The notes beneath the pieces are model-generated. The model did not search any database. It saw only the letters and a program-made list of their open reading frames with translations, and was not told the origin of the DNA. A program made the translations under genes and the position numbers. Source: Lama guanicoe (Eukaryota). From it: a DNA stretch of 64,000 bases. Each line of letters opens with the position of its first letter. Position 1 is the stretch's first letter. Positions 27,460 through 39,188 of the stretch are shown here, piece after piece. The stretch covers positions 17,922,029 through 17,986,028 of the forward strand of contig MU054323.1 in the NCBI GenBank assembly GCA_013239625.1, given 5' to 3'.

Positions 27460-28944
27460 CTGGTTCATCATGCAGGGAGGCGTCTCACCCCCTGGAGGAG
27501 TTCTCTCTGCCTGCGCAGGAATTGTGTTCAGTAGGCTGTTCTGCCCTGCCATTAAGCCTTCTGTTTCAGGTGATGGGGTAGATGGTAAGAACAGAAGTCC
27601 TATGAGCAGAGGTCTGCTGTCTTACTCACATCACTGTAACTGAACTCTGGTGGGAAGCATTGCTGCAGGGAAGTAAATGATAGTAAGCAAGGCAATTAAG
27701 TCCCTGAAAGGCGTGGCTGGCCTGGAGAATCCAAGTCCAGAGTGAGCAGTTCTTCCAGTGAGGACGAATTACTGCCCTCTCTGCAAGGGGCATTCCCGCC
27801 TGGATGTGGGATTATAATAAGTCTAGGTTGGTTGCTGCTGCTGAAAACGAATCAGCAGGGGCAGTAGGCACATCAGCCTTGGTGAGGAGTCCTTGTCGGG
27901 CTAATGCACTATCCTCATCCCTGACACCATGGCCACCTTGTCCACGAGGCCACCGAGCAAGCGTGGTTGAGGAAAGGGCACAGGGCAGGCAGTCTGCCAC
28001 CTGAATACTTGGAATCTCATCCTTGATGGGAACTCTTGACCATTCCAGTGGTCAAGACACAAATATGCTCCCATATTGAGGCTGGTTCTGACATGTGCAT
28101 CAACTTTCCTCTTCCTCAGACCTCCTTTCCTGTCACTGACCATCCTTTTGAACTGGTAGCCATTGCCCGTGACAGAGGGGGCTACTGCATCTCAGGCTGT
28201 CTCTCTTTCCCAGCAAAGTGTAAAACGTGGACCACTCTGCTCCTAGGAGGGTCTCCTTTCCCTGCTGTCCCTCAGCCCCACGTGGGACTCAAATGCCCCA
28301 GCAGTTAAATGCCACCAGGTACCAGCAAAACTGGCAGGGCCATCTGCAAACCAGACTTGACTTTCATCCTCGGTGAACTGCTCATGGGAACTCCTCACAG
28401 GGACCCTGGTCGTGAGGGAGGGGAGCTGCACAGCTGGCGGGAGGCACAGGGCTGGATAAGGTCCCAGCAGCTCACGAGGACAGTCAGCTGTGCACACTCA
28501 GTGCTGATACAATCCTCTCCCAACTGATGGGGGCATGCTGCCGGGCTGGGCGCACTGTCCTAGCTTGGTTGATCAAATCACAAGATGGGCAGTTCAGGTC
28601 ACATGGTCACCTAGTGTTCTGTGGTCAAGCCCTCTGTAGCAAGAGTTATTTCTGAAAGGAGAATGATTGCTTGCCCAAGAGAGCTTGGCTGTGCTCCAGA
28701 AGCGAAGAGGATGCATCTGCACTCCCCCTACTGGGACTTGCTGCGGGCTGCACACAGCATCCAGGCGGTTCACAGACACTAGAGCACTGTTCGATCTCCT
28801 GGGTCATCAGGGCAAAACAGCTGAGTACAGAGGGCCCTGGACCAGCTGGAGAGCCCTCTCCTGCCCCGGCCTCCGTTAAAAGTAAATGAGTTACAGCAGC
28901 AGACCCAAAGCTGACATAGGTTGCCTTCAGATGCCAAAGAAGTC

Positions 28945-29018
28945 CATAGTTCAGTGGTAGAGTGTGTGCTTGGCATGCACGAGGTCCTGGGTTTAAGCCT
29001 CAGTATTTCCATTAAACG
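28945..29018 (+). mobile_element. Vic-1-like tRNA-Ala-derived camelid SINE, truncated, with TSD
   Basis: atagttcagtggtagagtgtgtgcttggcatgcacgaggtcctgggtttaagcctcagtatttccattaaa; TSD AAAGAAGTC at 28936-28944 and 29019-29027. Confidence 0.85.
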
Positions 29019-29979
29019 AAAGAAGTCTACCAAGCATCTGTGCCTCTTTAACGGCACAATACCTGCAATTCCTAACAAAGATACGGTATGTTTGTGTTTG
29101 GCCATTTGGGTAGGAAGAGGGAGCCTCGGGAGTATGTGAACTTGGCCCTCCAGCGAGAGACAACCTTTCTCCACGGTTCCGAAGCCATTGTGGGGATTCT
29201 TTTACTGTGGAAGGGAGCTACTCCAACTATGGACTCAGGCACTGGGGAGATGGCCACATACCTTTTCACTGAGAAAAACTGAAGCAGTCAGAAGAGAACG
29301 TCCACTGTCTGCCACCGCCACATCCGCCCGCCTTCCAGCACCTGTGCCCGCTTGCAGCCTGTGCTCCCACACTGCGCGTTTCTGTAACGAGCGCCGACTC
29401 AATTATTATCGCTCAGTAGGGGGATGATGTCACTGTAACGTGAAAATTGGGTTGGATCGTAAGTGATTCCCTTCCCAGTACCTTAATATATTGTTCCTCC
29501 AGATAAGAGCAGCTGAACGTGAAAGCCACCAACAGGATGAGCTGACAGGGCGAGCTGCGGAGGAATAAGGTACTTTACATAAGGCCCGCCCACTGCGCCT
29601 TCGTCGGGTCAGTTTCAACACAGGCTCTGTCTTGGGAATGCTGGTTGTGCAGTTAAGCAGCTCCTACCCTTCCTTCCACCAAATTCCATCAAGCTGTGTT
29701 TGTCCTTTTCTTGGAGCTGTGGAGTGTTAGGAATGTAAAGTTGTTTTTTTTTTTTAAACTGTGTTAATTGGTGTTTCTGATAGTTGCGCAGCGTGCAAAG
29801 TTGGATAGGTTTGGAATGGTCTGCCGCAACCCTATTTTCCCCATCAATTCTGTTATTTTTAGCACATGAATTTGTGAATGACAACATTTTCAGGAGCACG
29901 CTTATCATGTTGCTGCAGAAATGCCTGTATGCTTCTTCCCTAATATAACCATGGAGAAATTATTCATGCTCTTATGTAA

Positions 29980-31648
29980 AGCTGATTCCTCCACCTGTGG
30001 CCGGCATTCCATCCCCTAATTCAAGGACACGGCTCCAGCATTTGTCCCCCTTTTTCTAGATCATCAGGTTTTCGTCTTTCCTGGAACATTCTCTTCAACA
30101 TAAAAAAGCATGTGCTACTTCTTCCATCTTACAAAAACAAAAAACCCAAAAAACCCAAAACCCCTCATTTTCTTGATTCCACTCCCCCTACCAACCTACT
30201 ACCTCCCTTCTTTACTCCCTTTACACCAAAACTAGTTGAAAGAGTTGCCTGTACTCACTACCTCTGGCTCTTTTCCTATTTTCTTGTAAGTAAGCCCAAT
30301 CCAGTCTTGTTTTGCTCCTTCTCCACTCCACCAGAACTCCCACTGGCAAGGTCGCTAATAACCTCCCCACTGCTAAATCCAATGGTCAATTTCCAGTCCT
30401 TATGAGAAGGATTAGCAGCATTTCCTGGGTGATTGCTCCCTCCTCCATGTTCTTTGTTCATCTGCCTTCTAGGCAACTGCCCTTTCCTCATCCTGCCTCA
30501 CTGGTTGTTCCTTCTCAGTCTCCCCTGGAGATTACTCTTCTGACCTCTGAGTGTTGGAGGAACCCAGGGCTCAGCCCTGCTCCTCTTCCTCTTTCTCCTT
30601 CACTCAGTCCTTTGTCGATCCCATCCAGTATCATGGCACCTGTACGCAGCAAATCCCCAAGTTTCTAGCTCCGGAGTAGAACTTCTGCTCAAATTGCAGA
30701 CTCACCTGTTCAGTTGCTTACTCAGCACCTCCACGTGGATGTTTAATGCACGTCTGAAAGTTAGCAAGTCTAAACCTGAACTTGTGAGCTCTCCCACCAA
30801 GCTGGCCCCTCCTGTAGTCTTTCCCTGATTGGTTGACTGGGAAACTCCACTGTGCCAGGTGCTGGCCCCAAATGTTAGTCATTCCTGCCTCCTCTTCATC
30901 ACACCACACATCAAACACATCAGTAGATCCTGCTGATTCTACTTTCAAAATGTATCCAGAATCCACCTGGGGCAAGCTACCGTTTTTCTCTTGCCTGGAT
31001 TATTGCAAAAAACTCCCAAATGGCCTCTCCGTGTCCATGCCTACCTCCCTACAATCCACTCATGATACGGTAGTCACAGCATCCTGTAAAATGTGTGTTA
31101 GACTGCTACTTGTTCCAAACTCTACAGTGCTTTTGAGTCAAAGTCTTTTAATTGTCCTTAAGGCCCGCTGTGGTCTAACCCACCACTGCCTCCTGCCACT
31201 CACTGCCGCTTTAACCTCTCATTCTCCCCTCACTTGCTCTACTCCAGCCACATCTGCTTCTCTGCTGTTCCTTGAACACATCAGACACTCGCTCACCACA
31301 GGCTGTTACATATGCCTGAAACACTCTTCCATGTCCTTTAGGTATTTGCTCCAACCTCACATTCTCACTGAGGCTGGAGCTATTTAAATGCCAAACACTT
31401 CTGTCCCCACCCTCCTGTCCTCCCGCATCACTGCTCATTTTCCTCTACCCCTGCAGTGCCCCTCCACCTACCTACCATCTTCTAACCTGTCAAACACATT
31501 ACTTATGTCTACTGTTTCTTACCTGTCTTCCCCACTAGGTTTAAGTCCTGTGAGGGCAGGGATCTGTTTGGTTCACTGATGTGCTCCAAGGGCCTAGAAC
31601 AGTGCCTTGGCAGATAGTAGGTATGTGATAAATATTTATTCTGTGAAT
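29980..31648 (+). mobile_element. L2 LINE, long 3' fragment
   Basis: Pyrimidine-rich strand; tgctaaatccaatggtcaatt...ttcactgatgtgctccaagggcctagaacagtgcc...aatatttatt (L2 3' end). Confidence 0.82.
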
Positions 31649-32012
31649 ACGTGATAGGCTCCAGTCACACCAGGCCTACTGTGAGGGGCTCTCAGGTGAA
31701 AATTCCACTTCTCATCTGTGCCCCACTAATCCTACTCTGACCAGTGGACCTTGATACTGGGCCAAAGTTATGTGCCACACCCTAGCTGGAAAACAAGATT
31801 TGCTTCCATTTTGGAGAGCTGGGATTCATAAGGTGAGAATTTTCCAAAACGTGGGAAGGTTGTTCAAATGGTACTAAAGCAGCCATGAAGCTAAGCCACC
31901 ACATGAAGCTACTGAAAGAAAAGAAATGAAATGATATTTTTCATCAACTTCCTGTTTCTTCAAGTAGTGAACACAAGGAATGCCTTTTTTTTAAATCAGA
32001 ATGAGGTCACAA

Positions 32013-32048
32013 TTTATTAATGCTTTCAGGAAAAAAGCAAAGTTTATT
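32013..32048 (-). terminator. Two AATAAA polyadenylation signals of THUMPD2
   Basis: TTTATT on + at 32013-32018 and 32043-32048, about 570-600 nt past the stop codon. Confidence 0.7.
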
Positions 32049-32618
32049 TTTCATGTTGAAGGACACTGGCTTAATTCACATTGCTCTTACTCCCACTGAC
32101 TTGTGTATGGCACATACACAGTGTATTGCAAACACAAGTTAGTTTCATTCCAACGGAGAAGAAAATTACAGGTTCAAAAAATCAAGTTTAATATCAAAAG
32201 AAGCTGATGTCAAAACATGAAAGTTTCTACATTTCAAAAAATCTGATGGTGAAAACATTACCAAACGTGTGATGACTGCCATATACTTTATGGTGAGCCT
32301 CTAAAAACTTTGGTTTTGAAGTTGAAGCCTCTGCTCAGAAACAGTGCAGGCAGAGCTGATCTTTTCACATTCTGACGAAAGGCAAAGCTTAAGAGTCTGT
32401 TAGTTCACATATATATTAATTGTTCTTTGTCAGAAACATCCTTTAGCGTGTGAAGTAGAAGCTCTTATTAAGAACAAGTGTCCAGCAGCCCCAGCCCCTG
32501 TCTTAGGGGTGTCTGTTTACTTGGAACCCTCTGGCACTGTCAAGAGTTCACAGAAAACCACCTTCTACTGCTGTACAGCTGGCATAGGACCTGAACCCAG
32601 CCTACGGCAGCAAGCCTG

Positions 32619-32943
32619 CTATGGTCCAGGAGAGTGCAGCTTCTTATATTTGCACATGAATGCATCTGTTTTTCCCAGGCTAACTTTGTAGCATTCCACT
32701 GGCACCAAAGAGCCAAATGGTGGCATTCTGTCCAAGGAGTCCTGGTTACTGGCTGCGAATGAAGGTGACACTGGGTCTGATATGCCAGTTTTCCCCTCAG
32801 GATTCAAGCACTCTTCACTCCCGGGTTCACCTGCGTGGCCCTCCCTACAGTTCAGAGGGATGCTGGTCCCTCCGTGATCTCTAAGGCGCCTGCAGTGATC
32901 TTCGCTGAGCAACAGCACGGCGGTTCCACCAATGTGAAGCACT
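32619..32943 (-). CDS. THUMPD2: THUMPD2 terminal exon 10; THUMP-domain RNA m2G methyltransferase (TRMT112 partner, U6 snRNA)
   Basis: ttttgtcgcag| (R)VLHIGGTAVLLLSEDH...FGSLVPVECYKVSLGKTDAFMCKYKKLHSPGP and TAG. 325 bp; overlaps ORF 32619..32942. Confidence 0.96.
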
Positions 32944-33429
32944 CTGCGACAAAAAAATGATAATTGGTATGAGTGTTTCTTTCTTCGCAGACAACAAACA
33001 ATCCCACTTTGTTTAAAATATTTGGTGTTTTTAATTTGAAATTTAATTTTATGTATTTAAATACGAGGATTTTGATAATTAGGTAGTATCTTCCATAATG
33101 CATATTCATTATAGTAATTATGAAATCACTAGTACAGATCTGCTTTAATTATCTATTTTTACTCTATTTAAAAGGCAAGCCTCAAAGTAATTTGTAGTCA
33201 CAGTCTAATAAGTGATTGTACAAAGGAAAAGCAAATGAAAGAATCCAAAGGAATCAGCGTGTGTCAAAGGCAGTAGGCTGATAGCAGAGTAAAGTCAAGG
33301 GCAGGAGTGAGGACAGGAACAAAGAAAGGGCAAGAGGGGAGATCAGAAGAAGAAGGAAGACCTTGAGACGTCAACTGGTGGAGGAGAATTCGTTTTTTTA
33401 ATCCTTTGACCGAAGTCTGAATGGCACTT

Positions 33430-34000
33430 CTGTGGAAAAGGTGCCGAATGACATACAGTCCCCTGAGTTGCTAAAGCGATGACCGAACAGCGGGAGAGGC
33501 AAGTAAGTGAGGAGTGAGGAAGTGCGGCGAACGCCACCACCGGGCACATGTGAGGCCTGCGGGAACAGTTTCGGCGGCAGTCGGGGAAATCCCCAGAGGA
33601 TGGGATACCTACCCGGGGTGTCAAGGACCAGCAGGAGTGGGCTGGGCGGAGGGACCGCTGGGGACGGGGGCACGGGGGTCCTGGAAGCAGAGAGCAGCAA
33701 AGGCAGGAAGAAGTGAAGAGGAGGAGCGCGGCATGTAGTTCAGCTTGGGGGCGAGCCACAGGCTGGGGGAGGAGCGGAGGGGAGTTCTGGGTGGACTGTG
33801 CTGAGCGTGGAGGGGATGAGAAAGGCCAGGGCTCAGGGCAGAGATTCCAGTTTCCAACAGTAAATGGGAGATAAAGACATAATGGTGGATGAGATCGCTG
33901 GGGTGGCAGCACAGAGAAAAGACAAGGGGCCAAGGAAGAGACTTAACATTCAAGGCAGGACAGAGGAGGAAGAGCCCATGAAACAGAGCCTGTGCGAAAA
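33430..34000 (-). mobile_element. L2 fragment, unusually CpG/GC-rich
   Basis: Collinear with the L2 3' consensus (gggaa..cc..agagga...tcaagga..agcaggag...ggatgagatc...aacattcaagg...gaggaagagcc). Confidence 0.6.
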
Positions 34001-34010
34001 TCTGGACAAC

Positions 34011-35801
34011 AGTGATATCATATGGTATTTGTCTTTGTCTTTCTCTTTCTGGCCTACTTCACTTAGAATGACAATCTCTAGGTCCACCCATGTTGCTACA
34101 AATGGCATTATTTTATTCATTTTTATGGCTGGGTAGTATTCCGTTGTATAAATATAATACAGCTTCTTTATCTAGTTATCTGTTGATGGACATTTAGGTT
34201 GCTTCCATGTCTTGGCTACTGTAAATAGTGCTGCTGTGAACATTGAGGGGAGGCGTGTATCTTTTTGAATAGAGTTTCCTCCAGATGTATGCCCAGCAGT
34301 GGGATTGCTGGATCATATGGTAAGTCTATGTTTAGTTTTTTGAGAATCTCCATACAGTTTTCCATAATGGCTGTACCAAACTGCATTCCCACCAGCAGTG
34401 TAGGAGGGTTCCCTTTTCTCTACAGCCTCTCCAGTGTTTATTGTTTGTGGACTTTTGAATGATGACCATTCTGATTGGTGTGAGGTGATACCTCATTATA
34501 GTTTGGATTTGCGTTTCTCTGATAATTAGTGATATTGAAAATTTTTCATGTGCCTGTTGGCCAGTTGTATGTCTTTACTGGAGAATTGCTTGTTTAGGTC
34601 TTCTGCCCATATTTGGATTTTTTTTTCTTATTAAGTTGTATGAGCTGTTTATATATTCAGGAAATTAAGCCCTTGTCAGTCTCATCTTTTACAAATATTT
34701 TCTCCCATTCTGTAAGCTGTCTTTTTGTTTTGCTTATGGTTTCCTTTGCTGTGCAAATGCTTATAAGTTTAATTAGATCCCATTTTGCTTTTATTTCTAT
34801 TGCCTGGGTAGACTGCCCTAAGAGAACATTGCTAAGGTTTATGTCAGAGAATGGTTTGCCTATGTTTTCTTCTAAGAGATTTATTGTGTCTTGTCTCATA
34901 TTTAAGTTTTTAAGCCACCTTGAGTTTATTTTTGTGCATGGAGTGAGGGAGTGTTCTTGCTTCACTGATTTGCCTGATGCTGTACGGTTTTCTCAAAACG
35001 ACTTGCTGAAGAGACTGTCTTTTCTCCATTGTATATTCTTGCCTCCTTTGTTGAAGATTAATTGACTGTAGGTCTGTGGGTTTATTTCTGGGCTCTCTGT
35101 TCTGTTCCATTGGTCCATATGTCTGTTTTTCTGCCAATACCACACTGTTTTGATTACTGTAGCTCTGTAGTATTGTCTGAAGTCTGGGAGAGTTATTCCT
35201 CCACCTCTTTCTTTTTCTTCAGTAATGCTTTGGCAATTCTAGGTCTTTGATGGTTCCATATAAATTTTATTATGATTTGTTCTAGTTCTGTGAAATGTGT
35301 CCTGGGTAATTTGATAGGGATTGCATTAAATCTGTAGATTGCCTTGGGCAGCATGACCATTTTAACAGTATTGATTCTTCCAATCCAACAGCAAGGGATA
35401 TGTCTCCATTTCTTTACATCATCTTTAATTTCCTTAATCAGTATTTTGTAATTCTCCGTGTATAAATCTTTCACCTCCTCGGTCAGATTTATTCCTAAGT
35501 ATTTTAATGTTTTGGATGCGATTTTATAAAAGGGATTGTTTCTTTACTTTCTTTTCCTATTTCATTGTTAGTGTAAAGAAATGCAACTGACTTCTGCATG
35601 TTAATCATGTATCCTGCTACCTTGCCAAATTCTTTTATCAGCTGTAGTAGTTTTTGTGTGGAGCTTTTAGGGTTTTCTATGCATAGTATCATGTCGTCCA
35701 CATATAGTGACAGTTTTACCTCTTCTCTTCCAATGTGGATCCCTTTTATTTCTTTTTCTTGCCTGACTGCAGTGGCTAGGAATTCCAAGACTATGTTGAA
35801 T
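34011..35801 (-). mobile_element. Degraded LINE-1 ORF2 fragment (RT to C-terminus), frameshifted, no 3'UTR or tail
   Basis: ORF pieces [43 protein letters not shown] and INSRWLKNLN lie in different frames; homologous to the 23-24 kb L1. Confidence 0.95.
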
Positions 35802-35930
35802 GGGGCACTGTTTTAAATGCTTTGTATTATATATCATTTAATCTTCAGAATTCAAGTATATTCTCAGCATAGCCATTTTGCAGATGAAGAAGCTGAGGCA
35901 CTGTGGTTTTAAGTAACTTGGTCATAGAGT
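35802..35930 (-). mobile_element. MIR SINE abutting the L1 5' junction
   Basis: ggcactgttttaaatgcttt...tcatttaatc...ccattttgcagatgaagaagctgaggcac. Confidence 0.7.
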
Positions 35931-35944
35931 AAGTTTGAAAAACT

Positions 35945-36245
35945 GTGCAAAGATGTTCAGAGCATTGTTCTTTATTAAAATGAAAAAGTGGGTGTTACCT
36001 AAATGTCCATCCATAAGTACCAGCTACATAATGGTATATATGTATAATATATGTGGCAGCCACTGAAAAATACAATGTACATTATAACAACTGATCAGAA
36101 AAGAGATTCATGACATATTTTTGAATGAAAAAAAAGCAGTTTATACACTGCAGTAAATTAAGGATGATCCTATTTATGTGAAATTGAAAACATGTATGTA
36201 TTTGTGTATATGTACATGGAAACACGTCTAGCAGGATATTCACTA
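35945..36245 (+). mobile_element. Ancient L1ME-like 3' fragment
   Basis: agatgttcagagcattgtt...cctaaatgtccatc...catgacatatttttgaatgaaaaaaaagcag. Confidence 0.6.
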
Positions 36246-37324
36246 ATTTATTTATTGTAAATTTTTTTCAAATAACAGGGAAAATAAGAAAGTAAAAATC
36301 ACCTGAAATCCTGCTACTCAGAGATGAACATATTGGATAAACTGTCCTTCCAGGCATCTTTCCATGTTCGTATACACATAATTTCTTATTAAGAAAGCTA
36401 TTTAGAAATTAAAAAGCAACATTTCCCAAGTTGTAGTCCTCTGAACACTAGTGTAGTATGAGAGATTATTTCCTATAAAAACAACAAAAATTATGTGCAA
36501 TAAGTTGGGGAAATTCTGTATCAAACAACGTGAAAGAGATTTCCCTTTTGCATGTGAACCTGCGTGATTAGGGGTTGATGGTACAAATTCCCAAATTATT
36601 TGAACTTGGAAGGCATGAGGCCTTAACCTTCTACCACTGTCTCCATTCCAAGCAGTCCAGTAAATTCATTGTTTTTTTGAATACCCTTTTTGCTTCACTG
36701 TTTACTCAAGATGTACTCAAGTTGAGTGTATGTATAAAGCATGGCGTGGTCTTTTTTATTCTTTGCAAATTTCTAAATTTCACTGAAATCCTGCTTCTTC
36801 CATGAATCCACCTCGAGTCTTTGGGGATACAGTGACTTCCTCCTTCAAGCCGAGCAAGCTGATTTCTAATTTTGCTCATGTTTTACATGGTTATATTAGA
36901 GAGGAAAACTCAAATATTATACTTGTCTGAATTCCTCACTGCACTTTGCACGCATGAGACTGTTACTGCTGAAATAAATTAGGGGAGGAAATAACTGAGC
37001 CAGGAGTGTGTAGCTCACATCACCAGAGCAGTCATCTGTCTGATGATTTAAGAGTCTGAGGGCATGTTCTTTCTTAAAGAATCCAGTGCTGTCTTACCTT
37101 TAGGGCCAACTATGAGCAGGTTTACTGGCCTCTTATATTTTTTCTTATTTTTGCTAACAACATTCCCTCTCCATTCCCTTCCATTTTCTATTTAGAGTCT
37201 TAAACTATTGGTAAACCACTGGGAAAAAAGTTATGTTGACTTAGATAAATTTATATATATATATATCCCCACCTAAAGAGGATCTCAAAAGGATCGGAAG
37301 TGGCTTAAGCTAAAACAAAGCAAA

Positions 37325-37545
37325 CAGTTACTGAACACTTTCCAGGTGCCCAGCACCGTTCGAAGAGCTTTAAGTCCACTGGCTCCTCAGAGCAGTGCTG
37401 TGCAGTAGGTACTGTTATATAAAGACGAGGCACAGAGTGGTTAAGCGACGTGCCTAGGACGGAGGAAGTGTTAACAGAGCCAGGATCGGTGCCAGGCAGT
37501 CAGGCTCCGAAGCTGGGACTCGCCACCACTACACTGCGCTGCACT
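37325..37545 (-). mobile_element. MIR SINE
   Basis: gaggcacagagtggttaagcgacgtgcctagg...cagagccaggat...aggcagtcaggctcc. Confidence 0.7.
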
Positions 37546-38069
37546 GCCTGCATCAGCCTCAGACCAGAAGAGGGCAAAGAAAACCGCAAATGTGAAGGGC
37601 AGGTGGCAGGGAGGCTTGGTCACAGGAGACGGGAACGTTCCTTTTGTCCAAATATGTTAACCTCGAACTGATCCCACCGAGATACTCAAATTATGTGGGA
37701 AATCTGGAATATCTTCCTGTTTCCCAGGCAAATATTTGGGTTTACCGAAACAATGTGATGACAGTCATGTCTGTTACTGTCTCATTTCCAGCTACCTAGC
37801 ATAAAAACCAAAACTGGCCTAGAGTAAGTCAGGCTGGTATAATTTTACTAATGCTGAAAGGACTGCCTACTCCAAACACTGCCCTCCACTGCCTTGTGGA
37901 CATGTGTAAGACATGCAGCACTAGACCGAGGGATGGTAAGCCACCATCTCTGGAAAGTTCCAGGTTAAGTGTAAAGTTCCACATTCAGTCCAATATGCTC
38001 ACACACACTGGTATCTCACCATGAGCGGGCTGAATAGCATAGCTGGTGAATAGCTCAGTAGGCACGAAG

Positions 38070-38252
38070 GCTGGGGTCGTCAACCCTGGCGCTCGACAGA
38101 AGCAGTTCAGGAGCCCTTAGGAAATACTGACGCCCAGGCTCCCTCCAGACCAATTCAGTCGGAGCCTCGGCCGGGAGTGGCGGAGAATGGGCAACGGTGT
38201 TTCTCAGAAGCTCCTGAAGTGATGTTAGTGTGAAGTCAGGGTTGCAGAATCT
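38070..38252. mobile_element. MER5-like hAT-Charlie element
   Basis: aatactgacgcccaggctccctccagaccaattcagtcggagcc...aagctcctgaagtgat. Confidence 0.6.
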
Positions 38253-39079
38253 GCTCGAGGGGAATGTGCTGTCAGGCAGAGGGGAGTACGGGAGCTCAGA
38301 AAGTGTCTAACTTGTAGGTGTGGCCCAGAAAGAAGATCCCAGGTGACAGCAGGGTTACCTGCAGGCTCTGCACCATGGATGTTGTCCTGCACCACCAAGT
38401 GCTCAGTTGACACAACTCCATACAAACTGACCCCTTATCCATGCCCTTTCATTCCTCTACACATTGTAGGCTCTCTCCTCTATCAACTTAAATGATCAGG
38501 AAAATACCTTTCAGGCCACACTGTTTGAAACTCTCAGAGAAATACTTTGAATTATATTCTCCGAGGCTTACCTTAGAAACACAACACAAATGGCATCTCT
38601 TCATTTTCAAATCACCATCAACAATGGTATTGTCCATTCTATGTGACTCAATGTTCTCTGTGGAAATTCTGTTTTGTTGTTCGGTAGCTCTGTGATCTTG
38701 AGAAAGATAAACTTTCTGGGTCCCAGTTTCTCACCTATGAAGTGTGGGGGATTCACACACAGGAGGCAGGGTTTTGGGGAGGATTAGAAGTAAGTGTGTA
38801 AATTAACTAGCTCAGCGACTGAAAGAGAGGTTACTATTTTAGATACTCAAATTTCAGTCAACAATGAAAAAATACTTTTTTTTTTCTGAATAAAAGTTAC
38901 AGTGTAAGATGCTATGGAATAACTAACTATTTAATTATAAACTTCTGATTTGAAACCTTAGAAAATTAAGCTATAAAAACTATGGGAAATTATTAAAATG
39001 CAGTCAAATCTTAACTGAAGAGCTATTTTGGTTAAATGACCAATAGCTCAAAAATCATGGAAATAAATCCACAACTTAC

Positions 39080-39188
39080 CTTTCCATTTCTTGTAGAATG
39101 CTTTTGATGTCTTCTCCTAACTTAAACTTTTTCCCAAATGGAATGTCAGAAATAATAGTATCGACACTTTCTGAAGGCAAAGGCAATT
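39080..39188 (-). CDS. THUMPD2: THUMPD2 exon 9 (DIPFG, motif IV-like)
   Basis: tttcag| (E)LPLPSESVDTIISDIPFGKKFKLGEDIKSILQEME(R) |gtaagt. 109 bp; DIPF resembles the D/NPPY motif of N-methyltransferases. Confidence 0.96.

Larger units (their letters stand above)
27045..29260 (-). mobile_element. Ancient ERVL/MaLR remnant (MLT1-type LTR plus internal pol-like sequence)
   Basis: ORF 28243..28497 contains EQFTEDESQVWFADGPASFAGT, resembling the ERV-L RNase H start (QLTEEEK..WFTDGSA); MLT1-like segment at ~27045-27400. Many stops. Confidence 0.7.

Noticed and set aside
29413..29427. CTCF-like TCAGTAGGGGGATG
   Set aside because: Lacks the conserved C of the GGC core; too weak.
30833..31387. 184-aa ORF
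   Set aside because: Lies inside degenerate L2 and has no convincing RT motifs.
33343..33933. 196-aa Pro/Ser-rich ORF
   Set aside because: A by-product of the GC-rich L2 patch (few stops); no recognisable domain or exon structure.
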